64,000 nucleotides of DNA. Source: Octopus sinensis (Eukaryota). Positions within the stretch are counted from its first letter, which is position 1. Every line of letters begins with the position of its first letter. Shown one piece after another: positions 1 through 12,832 of the stretch. The translations under genes were made by a program, and so were the position numbers. The stretch lies in NCBI RefSeq assembly GCF_006345805.1, contig NC_043016.1:25482001-25546000 (forward strand), given 5' to 3'. The notes under the pieces were generated by a model that was not told where the DNA came from, searched no databases, and worked only from the letters and a program-made list of their open reading frames with translations.

Positions 1-572
1 TGCTATATTACAACATATGAACTTAATTCTCAGATGTTTTGTAATGTCAGATTTTTCTAACAGAAACAAATCTTTAACTTAATTTCTGAAAATCTAATCT
101 AAATGATAATACATAAAATAGAATGGTTCTTCTGTCAGTTGCAACAATACAAACATCACAATGATGTCTAGAATTCATTCAAATATGTGTTATTCACCCA
201 GCCATTTCACTTTTGCAGCATGAGCCATGGGTCAGCATCTCCAAAATGCTATACTGCATGTATCTCAGAGAAACGATGAATGTAGTAGAAATTCAAAACT
301 AATGGAAACATTGACAACAGAAGCAATGATTGCAGCAGCAGCAGCAGCAACAACAACAACAACAACCACAACAACAAGCGTACTCAGAGAGTGCAAACCT
401 TCACCAATGCAACACCAACATCCTCTCAATGATTAACTGGAGATGATTTTTAAAATGAGAATATATGAAATAAAATCCTTACATTGAATATCATGAGACA
501 TTTTGGTTTTCTCTTCTCTTAAATTCCAGTCTTCCTTTAGTAATCCTGTTGTTTTAGATCGATGTATAGAAT

Positions 573-613
<41 letters not shown>

Positions 614-682
614 ACTTTAAAGTGTTAAAATGTATGTATAATTTCCTAATATAATAATGAGCGTTGTCTTTTTATATATTTG

Positions 683-731
<49 letters not shown>

Positions 732-1235
732 ATAGTGCTGGAGTGAGAGGTGAAGGTAGATATAAGATGTATTTCATTGGCCGTTTCTGGAGTCTGTTTG
801 TCTACAAGGTATGAATCCTTTAATTGCATACTGACAATGTCCCCTACATCAAGGAAATAAGGAAATAGATAGCAAGGTTCAAAGAAATATAAGAGAAAGG
901 AAAATTTAAGGTTACATTACATTGGTTGACAGCTACTGTATCAGATACCAACCACTTTTACAATAATTCACACTTACATATTTAAAGAAATTTTTAGTGT
1001 AGGATGATGGGAGATTGAAAAATATTTTCGGGTTAGGCCATCGAAATATATCTCACATGGTACTGAATTTTTCTGAAATATATGGATAGTTTATCCTGTT
1101 CATGCTACTGTATTAGCATTTTCAAGCATTTGAGAATAAATTATTCCTGTATCTTTCAATATATCTCAACGCTTCTAAAGCAAACTTTGTTTGTTTACTT
1201 TCATTGTAAGTTGAATGTATATATATATATATATA

Positions 1236-1410
1236 TCCTTTCAAAATATGACCTCGTGTGTACCGTTGGCGATTTTTTTCCTCTGTCTTCCCTTCTCGGA
1301 TCTTTCCTTCTCCTATGTTTCCGACAAAGATCTCCGCTCGAAACACGCTAAACACTCCTTCTTCCCTTCTTTGTCCATGTCCTCGCATTGTTGTGTTTTT
1401 TTGTGTTTTC
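1236..1410 (+). mobile_element. Short (TA)n-flanked repeat, family A (Penelope-like terminus with hammerhead-like motif, degenerate copy)
   Basis: Homologous to 12833-13010, 25340-25435 and 62216-62425 (reverse). Contains gttt-ccgacaa-a-gatc-tcc-gctc-gaaa at 1317 onward. (TA)n on both sides. The Penelope link is inference. Confidence 0.6.
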
Positions 1411-1420
1411 TTATATATAT

Positions 1421-1454
<34 letters not shown>

Positions 1455-1501
1455 CTTATTATATATATATATATACTTATATACATACATACATATATAT
1501 A

Positions 1502-1567
<66 letters not shown>

Positions 1568-2789
1568 ATTTCAGAATGGTCATTTTGCCAGTTTAGCCAA
1601 TAAAAACACATGCACTATATATTTGGTGTTACTTTGCTTCGGCGTTATTATTTTTTACATTAATCTTAATCTTATTTCAGCCAGAGTTCTTTCATCACAC
1701 TCCTGTGACTGCATCAGTGGTCCTTTGCTTTCTTCTTTCTTATTTGTGTCTCTCCTTACTAACCGTCAGCCATTTTGTATTTCTATTGTATGGGTCTTCA
1801 TTTGCGCATGCGTATATCTCTGAGCCCCCAAGAGGTGGTGTGACTACTTCAGTAAGTGTTGCTGGCCATTCCCCATACAATGCCATTGTGGTCATCACTG
1901 CAGAGTGTAGCTGAGCACAGCACTTGTCTCAAAAGGGTTATGTGGTTCACTGCCTCTCTCACTCCATCTTCTGCTGCTTTGTCCACCCCCATTCTTTCCC
2001 CATGTTTTCTTTTCCCTCTTTTTTCAACTTTTTAAAGTGTATATTAGTAAAGTCATCTCCTCCCCACCCACCCAAAAATAAAAATTCAAAGATGATAAAC
2101 AAAAGTTGTAGAAGGAAAACAGAGCTTAAAAAAAACACAAACAAGCATAAAAAAAAAGAGACAACTCTAAACACCACAATAAAAATATTTTTCAAGTTAA
2201 TTAAAAAAACATTGGAAAGAATTAAAACAAATGGAAAGAGTAAAAAAATGAATGAATTTTATCTGACAACCCGATAAAAAATGTAAATTTAAAAACATGA
2301 AGATTTTGATACTTTTTTTTCTTTCAACAATCTTCATCTATTGTTAGAGAAGTCATTTGACTTGGAACTATGTCACCCCACTGATATTTTACAACTTAAA
2401 TGTTTTATTCAACACACCCACACTTCTGAAAGGCAAAGTCAAACTCTGAATGTACACAGTGTGTTGATGTCAATTTCAGCTGAGTGAAATTATTGTTGTT
2501 GTTGTTGTTGTTGTTTTTGCTCTTGTTGTTGTTGTTGTTGTTACTTCTGGTTTCTTTGTCCACATACCCTGGGTATATTAATATCTCTTGTATTAACTTC
2601 ATAACTGTGAAAAAGAAAATCCAAAGAAAAAAAAAAGAAAGAAAGAAAGAAATAACATATCATCTCCTGTATCTTCTCTGTAATTTTTATTGTTGCTACA
2701 TTACTGTATTTTTAGCATCATTGCTAATACATGGGTCATTGTTCTGGTGGTTGTTTTTTTTTTTTTGCATCTTTTTATGTCTGAGTACG

Positions 2790-2942
2790 AGTGTGTGTAT
2801 GTGAGTGTGAGTGTGAGTGTGTGTGTGTGTGTGTTGTGTAGTGTGTTTTGTGTGTGTGTTGTGTGTGATGTTTGCATGCAACTGTACACATGGTTATACT
2901 TGTAGGTGTAAGCATGCATGTATGTGTATCTATCTGTGTGTG

Positions 2943-2983
<41 letters not shown>

Positions 2984-3415
2984 GTATGCATGTGAGTTTA
3001 TGAGTGTATGTAGCATACATGTTTATAAGTTTGCATGTATACAATTGTGTGTATGATGTGCATGGTGCATGTGTGTATGTGTTTGTGTGTGTTGTGTATA
3101 TGTGTGTATGATGATTGTGTTGTTTGTGATTTTATGGTGTGATTTTGCATGTGATTGTACATGCGTGTGTATTTATGTATGTGTGTGTGTGTGTGTATGT
3201 GTGTGTATGTGTGTGTGTGTATGTGTGTATGTGTGTGTGTAGGTTAGATTATGTATGACTGCATTTCATTATATTTGTCTATGTATGTATGCATATATGT
3301 GTGTACAGGGGAGGTGTTTGTGTGTGTGACTGTATGTGCATGTGTGTGTGTGTGTGTGGGGGGTTATATGGGGATTGTATTTGTGTGAGTGTGTGTGTGT
3401 GCGTGTGTGTGTATT
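2790..3415. repeat. Degenerate (TG)n/(TATG)n compound microsatellite
   Basis: Direct inspection. Explains the VCVC/HTHT ORFs. Confidence 0.95.
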
Positions 3416-3566
3416 CTTGAGACATTAGCAGATACGATGTTAACAGGGTCACAGTAATAATTACATGTTACAATCTAAAATAGCTTCACTATGAATTATT
3501 TTGAATTCTTCAGAGAGAGAGAGAGAGAGAGAGAGTGAAACAAAGATGGGGAGATGGAGAGAGGGG

Positions 3567-3599
<33 letters not shown>

Positions 3600-4329
3600 G
3601 ACAAAATGAAAGAGAGAGAGAGAGGGGGGAGCACTGATAATAGTGAAGACAATATGTGTGAGTGGGGAGAAGGGAAGTGGGGTCACGCTTACAGGAAGTT
3701 AGGGGTCAAGTGAAAAAATGTCAGAGCTAAGTTAGATAACTCTACAACATATTATTGCCTAACTAATAAACTGAAAGAAATGTTGCACTGTTCCCACTTT
3801 AGTAACAAAAACACTGACATTAAAAATTCTATTTCCTAATCCCTCTTCCTGGACATTAACACAATCTGAACTTGAAACAGGCAATTATCCAGTCTAGGTT
3901 AGTCACAAGTTTTTATTTTTATTTTTTTCATGCTATTTACTATATGAATATTCAGAACTAGTGACATCAATAACAGCAGTAGCAGCAGCAGCAACAGTAG
4001 CAGTAGCAGCAGTGGTAGCAGCAGCAGCAACATCAATGCCAGCAATGAGGGAGACCACGCTGTTTGATTAGCTAAAAAACACAGCCAAAATTTCTCAGAC
4101 ATCTGATCATTTTAACAAAAGTAGGATAAAAAAGTGGAGAAGGATACTCTAGATAAATATAGGCCTTAGATATACAGGAAGACATGATGATCATGAGGCT
4201 TAGAAGGTTTTTGATAACACTGGGTTACATAGCTTTTGTCCTCAAGTAGCAACTGATATTTCCTATTTGCATACACCTAGAAACTATGAAAAGTGGCCAA
4301 TGTTTCCTTCAAATTTTGTTTTTGCTACA

Positions 4330-4485
4330 TTAATTCAAACCCTAAAGAATCCCTTTCAACACATGTCTATGATGTTCTCCACTACTCCTGCTTATGATCA
4401 AAGATGCACATATTGTCAGCCACTAAATGACATGCTTAAGTGGTTTAGGTTGAGCAAATCTATGGTATCGAGCAGAATATTTATT
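4330..4485 (-). mobile_element. Old diverged fragment of the ~500-bp (AAT)-tailed retroposon
   Basis: Aligns by eye to 9180-9345 (aagaatccctttcaacacatg...gatgcacatat...agcaaatct...gagcagaatattt). Confidence 0.7.
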
Positions 4486-4519
4486 ATAAGGATATCCCTA
4501 CTTCAGTGACACAGCACTG

Positions 4520-5300
4520 AACTTGTCTGAAATGTAATGGAAAATAGGTCGGTTTCAAAACAGTGATGTCCAGGTGACAAAGGCAAAGTCTGAAGGGAAT
4601 ACTAGTCACTTCCTTTAATTTCTAGATAGAAGCAAATAGGAAATAACACTTATTGACCAATCATTTGCTAGCTTCCTTGCAAATTGCATTGGCAAAAGAT
4701 GGCAGCCTGATCAGTTAAACATATCACAATCTACAGGAAGCAGACTCAAGTTGAGTCTGAAACTAGCCACTTTCAGAATGTCTATTAAGTAGTGGTGGTC
4801 ACATCAGGACTCCATCGATGTCAGGTTTATGTCCTATTCCTACTGTGATACATTTCATGACATGGAGATTGTCCCTGAAGGGATCTATCAGTGATTGCCT
4901 TTGTTTTTGCTTCCTTCACTTATTCCCAATGACAGATGCCAAACTTTTTGCTTACCACTAAACTTTTAAATTCTGCATGAGCTGAAAATTTTCTTTAACA
5001 TTTTCCTTGTTGGTGCCCTTTCTCAGCATTGTTACCACAACTTGGCTCACACAACTGAGAATTACCCCCATTCTGCTGTCAGCTGTGGTAGACATCTGCC
5101 AACAGGTCACTGAACAAGCCTGACATATAACAGTAAAGGTCATAGAGGAGATCATTCAAATTAAGTGAGTTGTTCCTCATGCAGTCATTCACCAACTTCT
5201 GTGTTTCAACAGCTGTTATTGGCCTTTCACAGCTCCTCATGTCTTGTGCTGAGAGTAGAAATAGGCTGTGGAGGTAAGCATTAAAGTCCACAACCATATC
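4520..5300 (-). mobile_element. Degraded L1/Tx1-like LINE reverse transcriptase fragment
   Basis: Minus-strand frames give CERPITAVE...DLLYDLYCYMSGLFSDLLADVY, VVTMLRKG, DNLHVM, DHHYLIDILKVASF and LDITVL. This matches the order of L1/Tx1 RT motifs. Many stops and frameshifts. Confidence 0.75.
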
Positions 5301-5671
5301 TGACTCAATATAATCAAGCTAAATTCTATAGGATAGACACGCACACATCTATTTGAAATTGCATAGTACATGGCTAAATTGGAACTTCATTACCCTATTG
5401 TGCCACTGCCACTCATTCCCATCAAACAATATTCATTATCTTTTTGTTTTAGCACAAGAGCTTTAAAGCTGACAATGCAGCCTTCATGTTTCATCTTGAA
5501 GAAATTATTGATAGCCTTTCTCACTGTTAGCACATCAGCCATGATATCTGTTTGCTTCTTCTAGTTTGCTTATTAACTTTCCTTCAATTTTATTTCTCTC
5601 TTTACTAAAATAAAATTCCATCAATCCAGATCTATTAATCTACTTCAAGTTGCTCCGCCTTCAGCATTTAA

Positions 5672-5890
5672 CCCTTTCATTACTGTATTTATTCTGAGAT
5701 GCTCTGTGTTTCTTTCAATTACTTTAAATATAATAAAGAAGTTAGTAAAATAACTTAGTTATCATTCAGCTAGTGTTAGGAACATAAATTGTGACTAAGG
5801 TTGGTGGAAGATTTTAATTCAGAACTTTTGAAAACAAGACATTTGTACTCAGAGCCAGAGCCGGTTTCAGCCAAGTTGGTAACGAAAGGG
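5672..5890. mobile_element. piggyBac-type MITE (family M1)
   Basis: TTAA (5668-5671) then CCCTTTCATTAC...GTAACGAAAGGG then TTAA (5891-5894): CCC/GGG termini, short TIR and TTAA target duplication. Partial relatives at about 22915-23040, 37605-37775, 37790-37945 and 55430-55560. Confidence 0.8.
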
Positions 5891-5896
5891 TTAAAG

Positions 5897-6098
5897 TAGC
5901 CATGTCCAACCGGAAATATTCTACCTGTTTTAATGTTCAAACCAACCAAATCCAGCCTCTCAAACCTACTCTACAATGTTATTCTTAAAACAATCACATC
6001 ATTGAAATGTCTGAGGTATGAGGTAATACAAGATTAATTCAAAACAATGTGAATAAATAAGCATTACTTTTCACAAAGTAATCTGAATGCTAAAGGGT
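5897..6098. mobile_element. MITE family M2 (TAAAGGGTT end), partial
   Basis: Homologous to 17207-17427, 32648-32864 (reverse) and 56638-56851. Ends in gaatgctaaagggtt, a piggyBac-like terminus. Confidence 0.7.
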
Positions 6099-6459
6099 TC
6101 TACAGCACTAAAACTGAGGAACTGGTTTTAAATTATAAATAGTTAGTGTCCTAAGACAGAGTAGTTTGTTCAAAAAATATATTGTGGACTCCACCCAATT
6201 CTGGCACAATTAGTAATTAGGCTGTAACATGTTCTTGGAGGTGTGGAGTGGGAGTGATGCATGTCCCAGAAGCTTAAAGCTGATCCGATGGGGAACAGCT
6301 GTTTGGTTGTGATTGGGAATAAGAAAGTGTAATGATGGTTCCTTGTGCTGAAGGTGCCCCATAGTCACTACTACTCCCATCACCCTCCCAGGAATAGTCG
6401 GCAGAGAATGTAGATGGACAGATGGATGGATGGATGGGTATGTGGAATGATAACTCTGT

Positions 6460-6890
6460 AACAACAATAACAACCACAAAACAATAACAACAGTAACTGC
6501 AATACTAATAAAAACTACATTGGCAACAACAACAACCACTGCAGTAACAAAAACCACATTAACCCTAGCAACGTCATAATCAGCATAAGGAACATCTTCA
6601 TCATCAACAACAACATTCATAACAACAAAAATCGCATTAACCAGAACAGTGTCAACAACAACAACAACAATAACAACCACCTCTCTACCAATAAATGATG
6701 ACAAAAGCAATAGAATAACAACTGCAATAACAACAACAACAACAGGCAACAACAATACCAACAACAACAATAAAAACAACACTGAGATCAACAGCAACAA
6801 CAACAGCAAAAGTAGCAAAACGATCACACCAGTGACAAAAACCATCTTTTAGCAAAACAACTGCAACAACAACAACAACAACTTATTTAG
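6460..6890. repeat. Degenerate (CAA)n-rich low-complexity tract
   Basis: Direct inspection. Confidence 0.9.
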
Positions 6891-7639
6891 CTTATTACAG
6901 TTTTCAAAGAACTGCTTTCATATTGCATCAAATATTAACCATTAATCAGTTTCATGAAGTTCAAGGACATTTCATCTGACTGACTGGAAGAATGGAAGGA
7001 TGAAGAATTTTTTTTTTTCCAATCTAAGCAATATTTCTATATAAAAAAAAAAATTTCCATTAAATGTACAACTTCACATTTATTCCATGAAATGGACTAA
7101 CCATTTTTTTTCCAGAGGCCTTTTCAGACGGGTTACTTTTGTTTGTCCTTCAAGTTCTTATTTAACTGTTTGGATATGGAACCTTATTTGGAGTTTCAGT
7201 GCCAAGAAGACAGAGCCCTTTTCACAAGCCCTACAGAGGGCATGCACTTATTTAAAAAAAAAATTATAAAAAATAATTACTTTACATGCATAAAACTATA
7301 TATATTCTTGTAGAAAGTTGAATGAGCTAATACGATCTTCTTTGTCATTTGACTTTTCAGCCAATAGACTGGCCCCGTCGTCTCCTAAAGGTTAACATAG
7401 TTCTCATGAAGAAATTAGAGTACTGAAATCATATTTCAAAGAAAATAGTTGCAAAATCTAAAAATGGATCATCATCATCATCATCCTTATTGCTCAGTTA
7501 TGGTAACAGTAACAGTCAACCACAATCCTCCCCACTCATGTGACCATGCTGTAGCACCTCCTCCATAACTTTGAGGTGGCCAAGTCCAAAAACTCTGAAA
7601 AGGAGAGAGAGAGAGGGAGAGAGAGAGTTCAGCTTAGAG

Positions 7640-7758
7640 CTGGGTTCAATCTATCCCCAGATAACAGAGTTCATGACAGCAACATCTGCGACTGGGTCTG
7701 CAAATCCAGGAAAGGTCTGAATTCTCATATCAAGCAATGTAGTAAAACATCAAGCTAA
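7640..7758 (+). mobile_element. Possible RTE-clade LINE C-terminal zinc-finger remnant
   Basis: NICDWVCKSRKGLNSHIKQC* resembles the terminal Zn-finger-like motif of RTE ORFs. Confidence 0.4.
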
Positions 7759-8439
7759 AAATATTGTACAGCTGTGTCTTGCTGAATCCTCTTTCATCAA
7801 AGTGATGGGATAGTTCAGTATTGGATTGCTACAACTTTTGTCAGGTACTTTTCTCAATTGACCTCATAAGGGATAGATGACACGGCTAAACCTGAGCATA
7901 AAGGTACATAACTCATACAGAACCACATACCACATGTGGCAAGCTGGCAAAGTCATCAGAGTACTGGATACAGCATGGTGCTTTATCCAGCATGTGCTGT
8001 CTTTCTGGCACTATAACTTTGAATCTGACAACTCCACTCCATTTTTTTATCCACCTTCACTAATCCCTTCACCCTCCCCAGTTCCATACCATATTCCTTT
8101 ATCCTCTTCTCTTGCTTACCATTCCCTCCTCCTTCTATCTAGGATCTTCACCCCCCCCTCTCTCTCTCTTTTATTCTCCTTCAGTTATAGAGGTCACTTT
8201 AGACTTTTCCTTCCTTGCAAGTTTTCATGGCACCAACATTAGTGTTGGTGCTGTGAAATGAAGAAAAAGTAAAAGGAAGCTGTATGTACACACTGTACAG
8301 AGTGGTTGGTGTTAGGAACGGGGATCCAGCTGTAGAAACCATGCCAAAGTGAAGTATGGATGGGTGACTGATTAGTCCTCTGACCTATCAAAAACCTGGC
8401 AAATTATCCAACCCATGTCAGCATGGAAACCAAACATTA

Positions 8440-8770
8440 TATGATAAATGATGATGATGACGACGATAACAATGATGGAATTAGGGATGATGGAATTGGT
8501 GATGAGGGAATTGGTGGTGATGAAGGTGGTGATAGTGTTGGTGTTGATAGTGGTGATGGTGATGATGATGATGATTATAATGATAATGGTTATGATGATG
8601 ATGATGATGATGATAATGATGATGATGAAGATGATGATAGCAATGATAGAACTAGTGATGATAGGAGTAGCAGTAATGGTGGTGGTGATAGTGATGGTGG
8701 TGGTGTTCAAAGTGGTAATGGTGGTGGTGATGATGATGGTGTTGATGTTGATGATGGTGGTAATTATGAT
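8440..8770. repeat. (GAT)n/(GGT)n tract, tail of an S3-type SINE at about 8232-8460
   Basis: Direct inspection. Preceded by gtggttggtgttaggaacgggatccagctgtagaaacc...ccaacccatgtcagcatgg. Confidence 0.85.
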
Positions 8771-8914
8771 GCTGACCTTTGCTTTTCAGTTTTCTGGAAT
8801 CAATACATAAAGTATTAAATCCCAAGGATCATGGATTGGTAGACAAGATGTCTTGTAGTAGCCGTTGTGAATTTTTGCATTCTGAGTTCATATCTCATCT
8901 TGAAATTCTAAACC

Positions 8915-9395
8915 CATCAAAGTGACACTGGGGTAAAATATTCAAAGTTCAGTATACGCATCATGACTACCCGTCTGATAAAGGTACACTAGACAAATGC
9001 ATCACAACCATGTGTGCGCGACATGGTGATTTCATATCAAGATAAATAGCACATAACCTTGCTGGTGGGGCCCAGTTAGAATTTTTTTCTGGTCAAGTAA
9101 CCCATCCCGCTCAAAAGGTCCCTGAATAAAGGTTGTTTAAGGATGTTGAACGAAACACCCTTGTTTCCAGAGGTGAATTATCCAAACCTCTAAGAATTCC
9201 TTTCAACACACGGCGATGATGCTCCCCCACTACTTCTGCTCGGGATCAGAGATGCACATATCATCAACCACCAAGGGACATGTTCAACTGGTTATGGTCA
9301 AACAACTGACAAGCAAATCTGTGGTACTGAGCAGAATATTTGCTGTAGCCCATCTTTTATATCAAGACAAAACAATGTACATGATAACATGATAA

Positions 9396-9398
<3 letters not shown>
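8915..9398 (-). mobile_element. ~500-bp retroposon segment (SINE or LINE 3' region) associated with (AAT)n
   Basis: Reverse complement of 39665-40140. The family 3' end is ...ccccagtgtcactttgatggcatg(c/a)actgctctctcactc-(AAT)n. Abuts (ATT)n at 9399-9470. Confidence 0.85.
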
Positions 9399-9470
<72 letters not shown>

Positions 9471-9978
9471 CGTTTTCTGATTGAATTGCATTTTATTCCA
9501 TCTTCTGATCAGGTCTCAGCCAGAGACCTAAAGCATATATATATATTAGATAGAGAGAAACTTCTTGAGAACGTGGACAGTTGATGTCAATACACTTTTT
9601 TGAGTTTCATAGATTGCTGGTTTCCCAGGGATCTAGTCAAAAAATTTGTAAGTACCTCTCTTGATCATGCCCATGGAACCTACAATAATAAGGATGGTTT
9701 TGGTTTTTAATTGCCATGTCCTAGCTATCTTAATCTCAAGGTCCTTATATTTCGACAGTTTTTCAAATTCTTTCGCTGAGATATTTCTCTATCAGTAGGT
9801 ACTGTCAAATCAATTAACAGGCATGCTTTTTTGTTTTAGATCTTTGATGACAATATCTGGTGTGTTAGCATTTATTTGCCTGGCTGTATGTATTCCATAA
9901 TCCCATAGAATGATAACATTCTCTCCCCGGATCTGGGTGGGGACTGGCTCTGAATGGTGTTCATACCAGTTCTTAGGG
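9471..9978 (-). mobile_element. R4/Dong-like RLE retrotransposon 3' fragment
   Basis: KNWYEH...IILWDYGIHTARQINANTPDIVIKD...LLIDLTVP...KEFEKLSKYKDLEIK: a PD-(D/E)xK restriction-like endonuclease, followed by a 3' UTR ending in (AAT)n. Confidence 0.85.
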
Positions 9979-10359
9979 CGCAGAATACCATAGGATGGTA
10001 TTTTTTGGATAGTGTGTAGTATTGAGAATTCAGGTATAGCTTCTATGTTCTTGTTCACATGTCTTTTTTCATGCCCAATACTCTAATTATTATTGGTATT
10101 GTTTTCACTTTCATGCTCCACGTCTTGAATACTTTAATTTTGAGGTCTTTGTACTTTGACAATTTCTCCACTTCTTTTTGGACAATATTTTCATCAGAAG
10201 GGACTGCAATGTCTATCAGTAAGCAAGTATTTGCCTCCAATCCCTGATTATTATGTCTGGGTGATCAGCTTTTATTTCATTGTCAGTTTGAACCAGCATA
10301 TTCCAGATGATTGTGATTTGGTTGTTGTCTTGTACCTTCTTAGGCACATGTTTATACCA
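9979..10359 (-). mobile_element. Second R4/Dong-like RLE fragment fused head-to-tail with the first
   Basis: WYKHVPKKV...HPDIII...CLLIDIAVPSDENIVQKEVEKLSKYKDLKI...TIPIIIRVLG. Begins right after (AAT)n at 10360-10382. Confidence 0.85.
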
Positions 10360-10537
10360 TTATTATTATTATTATTATTATTGAGTGAGAGAGCAGTGCA
10401 TGCCATCAAAGTGACACTGGGGTATAAATATACATACACACACATATATATATATATATATATAATATATAGCTGAAAGAAGCCTGTCATATATATGTAT
10501 GTATGTATGTTATAATATATATATATTATATATATAT

Positions 10538-10614
<77 letters not shown>

Positions 10615-10631
10615 TATAATATATATATATA

Positions 10632-10794
10632 CAACGGGCTTCTTTCAGCTTCCATCTACCAAATCCACTCATAAGGCTTTGGTTGGCCCGAGGCTAAAGT
10701 AGAAACACTTGCCCAAGATGCCACACAGTGGGGACTGAACCTGGAACATGTGGTTGGTAAGCAAGCTACTTACCACACAGTCACTCCTGCACCT
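10632..10794 (-). mobile_element. tRNA-derived CORE-like SINE S1, 5' half
   Basis: Reverse complement of the 17521-17685 head (caggagtg(g/a)ctgtgtggtaagtagcttgcttaccaaccacat...ttcagtcccactg...cttgggcaagtgt). Confidence 0.85.
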
Positions 10795-11375
10795 ATAACA
10801 TTTCATACATCTTACATTCTGAGTTCAAATTCTGCTGATGTCAACTTTGTCCTTCATCCTTTCAGGTCAATGAAATAAGTATCAGTCGAGCATTGGGATG
10901 AGGATGTCAATATAATTAAGTAATTCCCATCACCAAAATTTCAAGCCATTTGCCTACAGTGGAAACAATATTTGATGATTGGTGGAAGCATCTTTTTTAA
11001 TCCCATGACACGTGTGATACTGAATAAGATACACCATTAACCCGTACAAAAAATGGGCAGTGTGTAAGTAGAATCATTGGAACATTGGAGAAAAGGCTTC
11101 ACAGTGCTTAGCAAAAGCCTTTCTCTACATTCTAAGTTCAAATCCCAATGAGGTCCACTTTGTCTTTCACCCTTCCTAGTCAAGAAAATAAAAAATCCCA
11201 GTGAAATATTGATATAAATATAAGTAAATGTTTCTCTTCTTGAAATTTATGGCCTAGTACCTACACAATACATAACTACATAATGAGCACTATATAGTAT
11301 ATATATATATATATGTATATATATAATATAGTATTATATATATATAGTAATATAATATGGTATATATATATATAT

Positions 11376-11462
<87 letters not shown>

Positions 11463-11467
11463 ATATT

Positions 11468-11516
<49 letters not shown>

Positions 11517-11712
11517 GTGCGGGTGGCACGTAAAAAGCACCCACTACACTCACGGAGTGGTTGGCGTTAGGAAGGGCATCCAGCTGTAGAAACATTGCCA
11601 GATAAGACTGGAGCCTGGTGCAGCCTTCTGGCTTCCCAGATCCCCGGTCGAACCATCCAACCCATGCTAGCATGGAGAATGGACGTTAACGATGATGATG
11701 ATGATGATGATG
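11517..11712 (+). mobile_element. SINE-like repeat S3 with (GAT)n tail (well-preserved copy)
   Basis: ggtggcacgtaaaaagcacccactacactc...ggaagggcatccagctgtagaaac...ccaacccatgctagcatgg...(gat)n. Other copies at about 14845-15025, 33110-33255, 33680-33845, 37165-37460(-), 45262-45565(-), 58720-58945(-) and 62940-63095. Confidence 0.85.
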
Positions 11713-11720
11713 ATATATAC

Positions 11721-11855
<135 letters not shown>

Positions 11856-12016
11856 ACATATATATATATATGTATGCATATATACATATATGTACATACA
11901 TATATATGTATTATATAATATGAATAAAACATATATATATATGCATATATACTTACATGTATGTACATACATACATAATATGTGTATATATATATATATA
12001 TATATATGCATATATC

Positions 12017-12799
12017 GGTACAGGACGTCATAAAACGTAAACAACATGAAATACGAAGACAAACTTGGGTATGCAAACAATGAGAGAAACAAATGGGAAA
12101 CAAGCCAAGTAACATAATGAACGACCCTTCACCAGTTGTTGGCTGTCCAGCTACTCATTTCGAGTAATTAATGACAATATGAGGCTTCAAAAGGTAGTTG
12201 CTCCTGTGAACCAAAATAAAATTTGAGATTTGCAGAGGGTCAAAGTTGGTAACAAATACAGGACAGTGGAGACATACAACAAAACCAAGCATAACATGGA
12301 GGACCATTAGGCCAGATGGGTAGAAAAAAGCGGGAGGAATATAGTCTTTGACAAGAGAAAAGATAGAAGAGGAGACAGATAAGAATGCGTCTGGTCTGTA
12401 AGAGAGACTGAAAGAAAAGAAAGATGATCACATGATGAAAAGAAAGATGGACGATGGTCATGTGTGAGCAACAAGAGACAGTAAACAGGAAAGAGGGAGA
12501 GTGTGAGAGAGAGAGAGACAGATAGAAAATGGTGAAGGGGAGAAAAAATTAGAGAAAGGATGAGAGAGAAAAACCAAAGGGGGAGAAGGGGAAGGAAAAG
12601 AATTAGAGAAAGGAAGAGAGAGAAACTGAAGAGGAAAGAGAGAGAATAGTACAAGGGAGAGTCGCATCAAAATTATTAAAATAGACTTACTTGGAAATGG
12701 ATGTGTGGCATTCAATCATATAGATATATATATATATATGGATATATACATACCCAAGTTTGTATTTCATGTTGTTTACATTTTGTGATGTCTTGTACC
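12017..12799. mobile_element. (TA)n-embedded repeat with ~55-bp inverted termini (Penelope-like or MITE)
   Basis: 12017-12073 is the reverse complement of 12749-12799, apart from one short indel and a few substitutions. The internal part is related to 49395-49680. Confidence 0.55.
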
Positions 12800-12832
12800 C
12801 TGTGATCTCTTGAGCACCACCAGCTCAAATAT

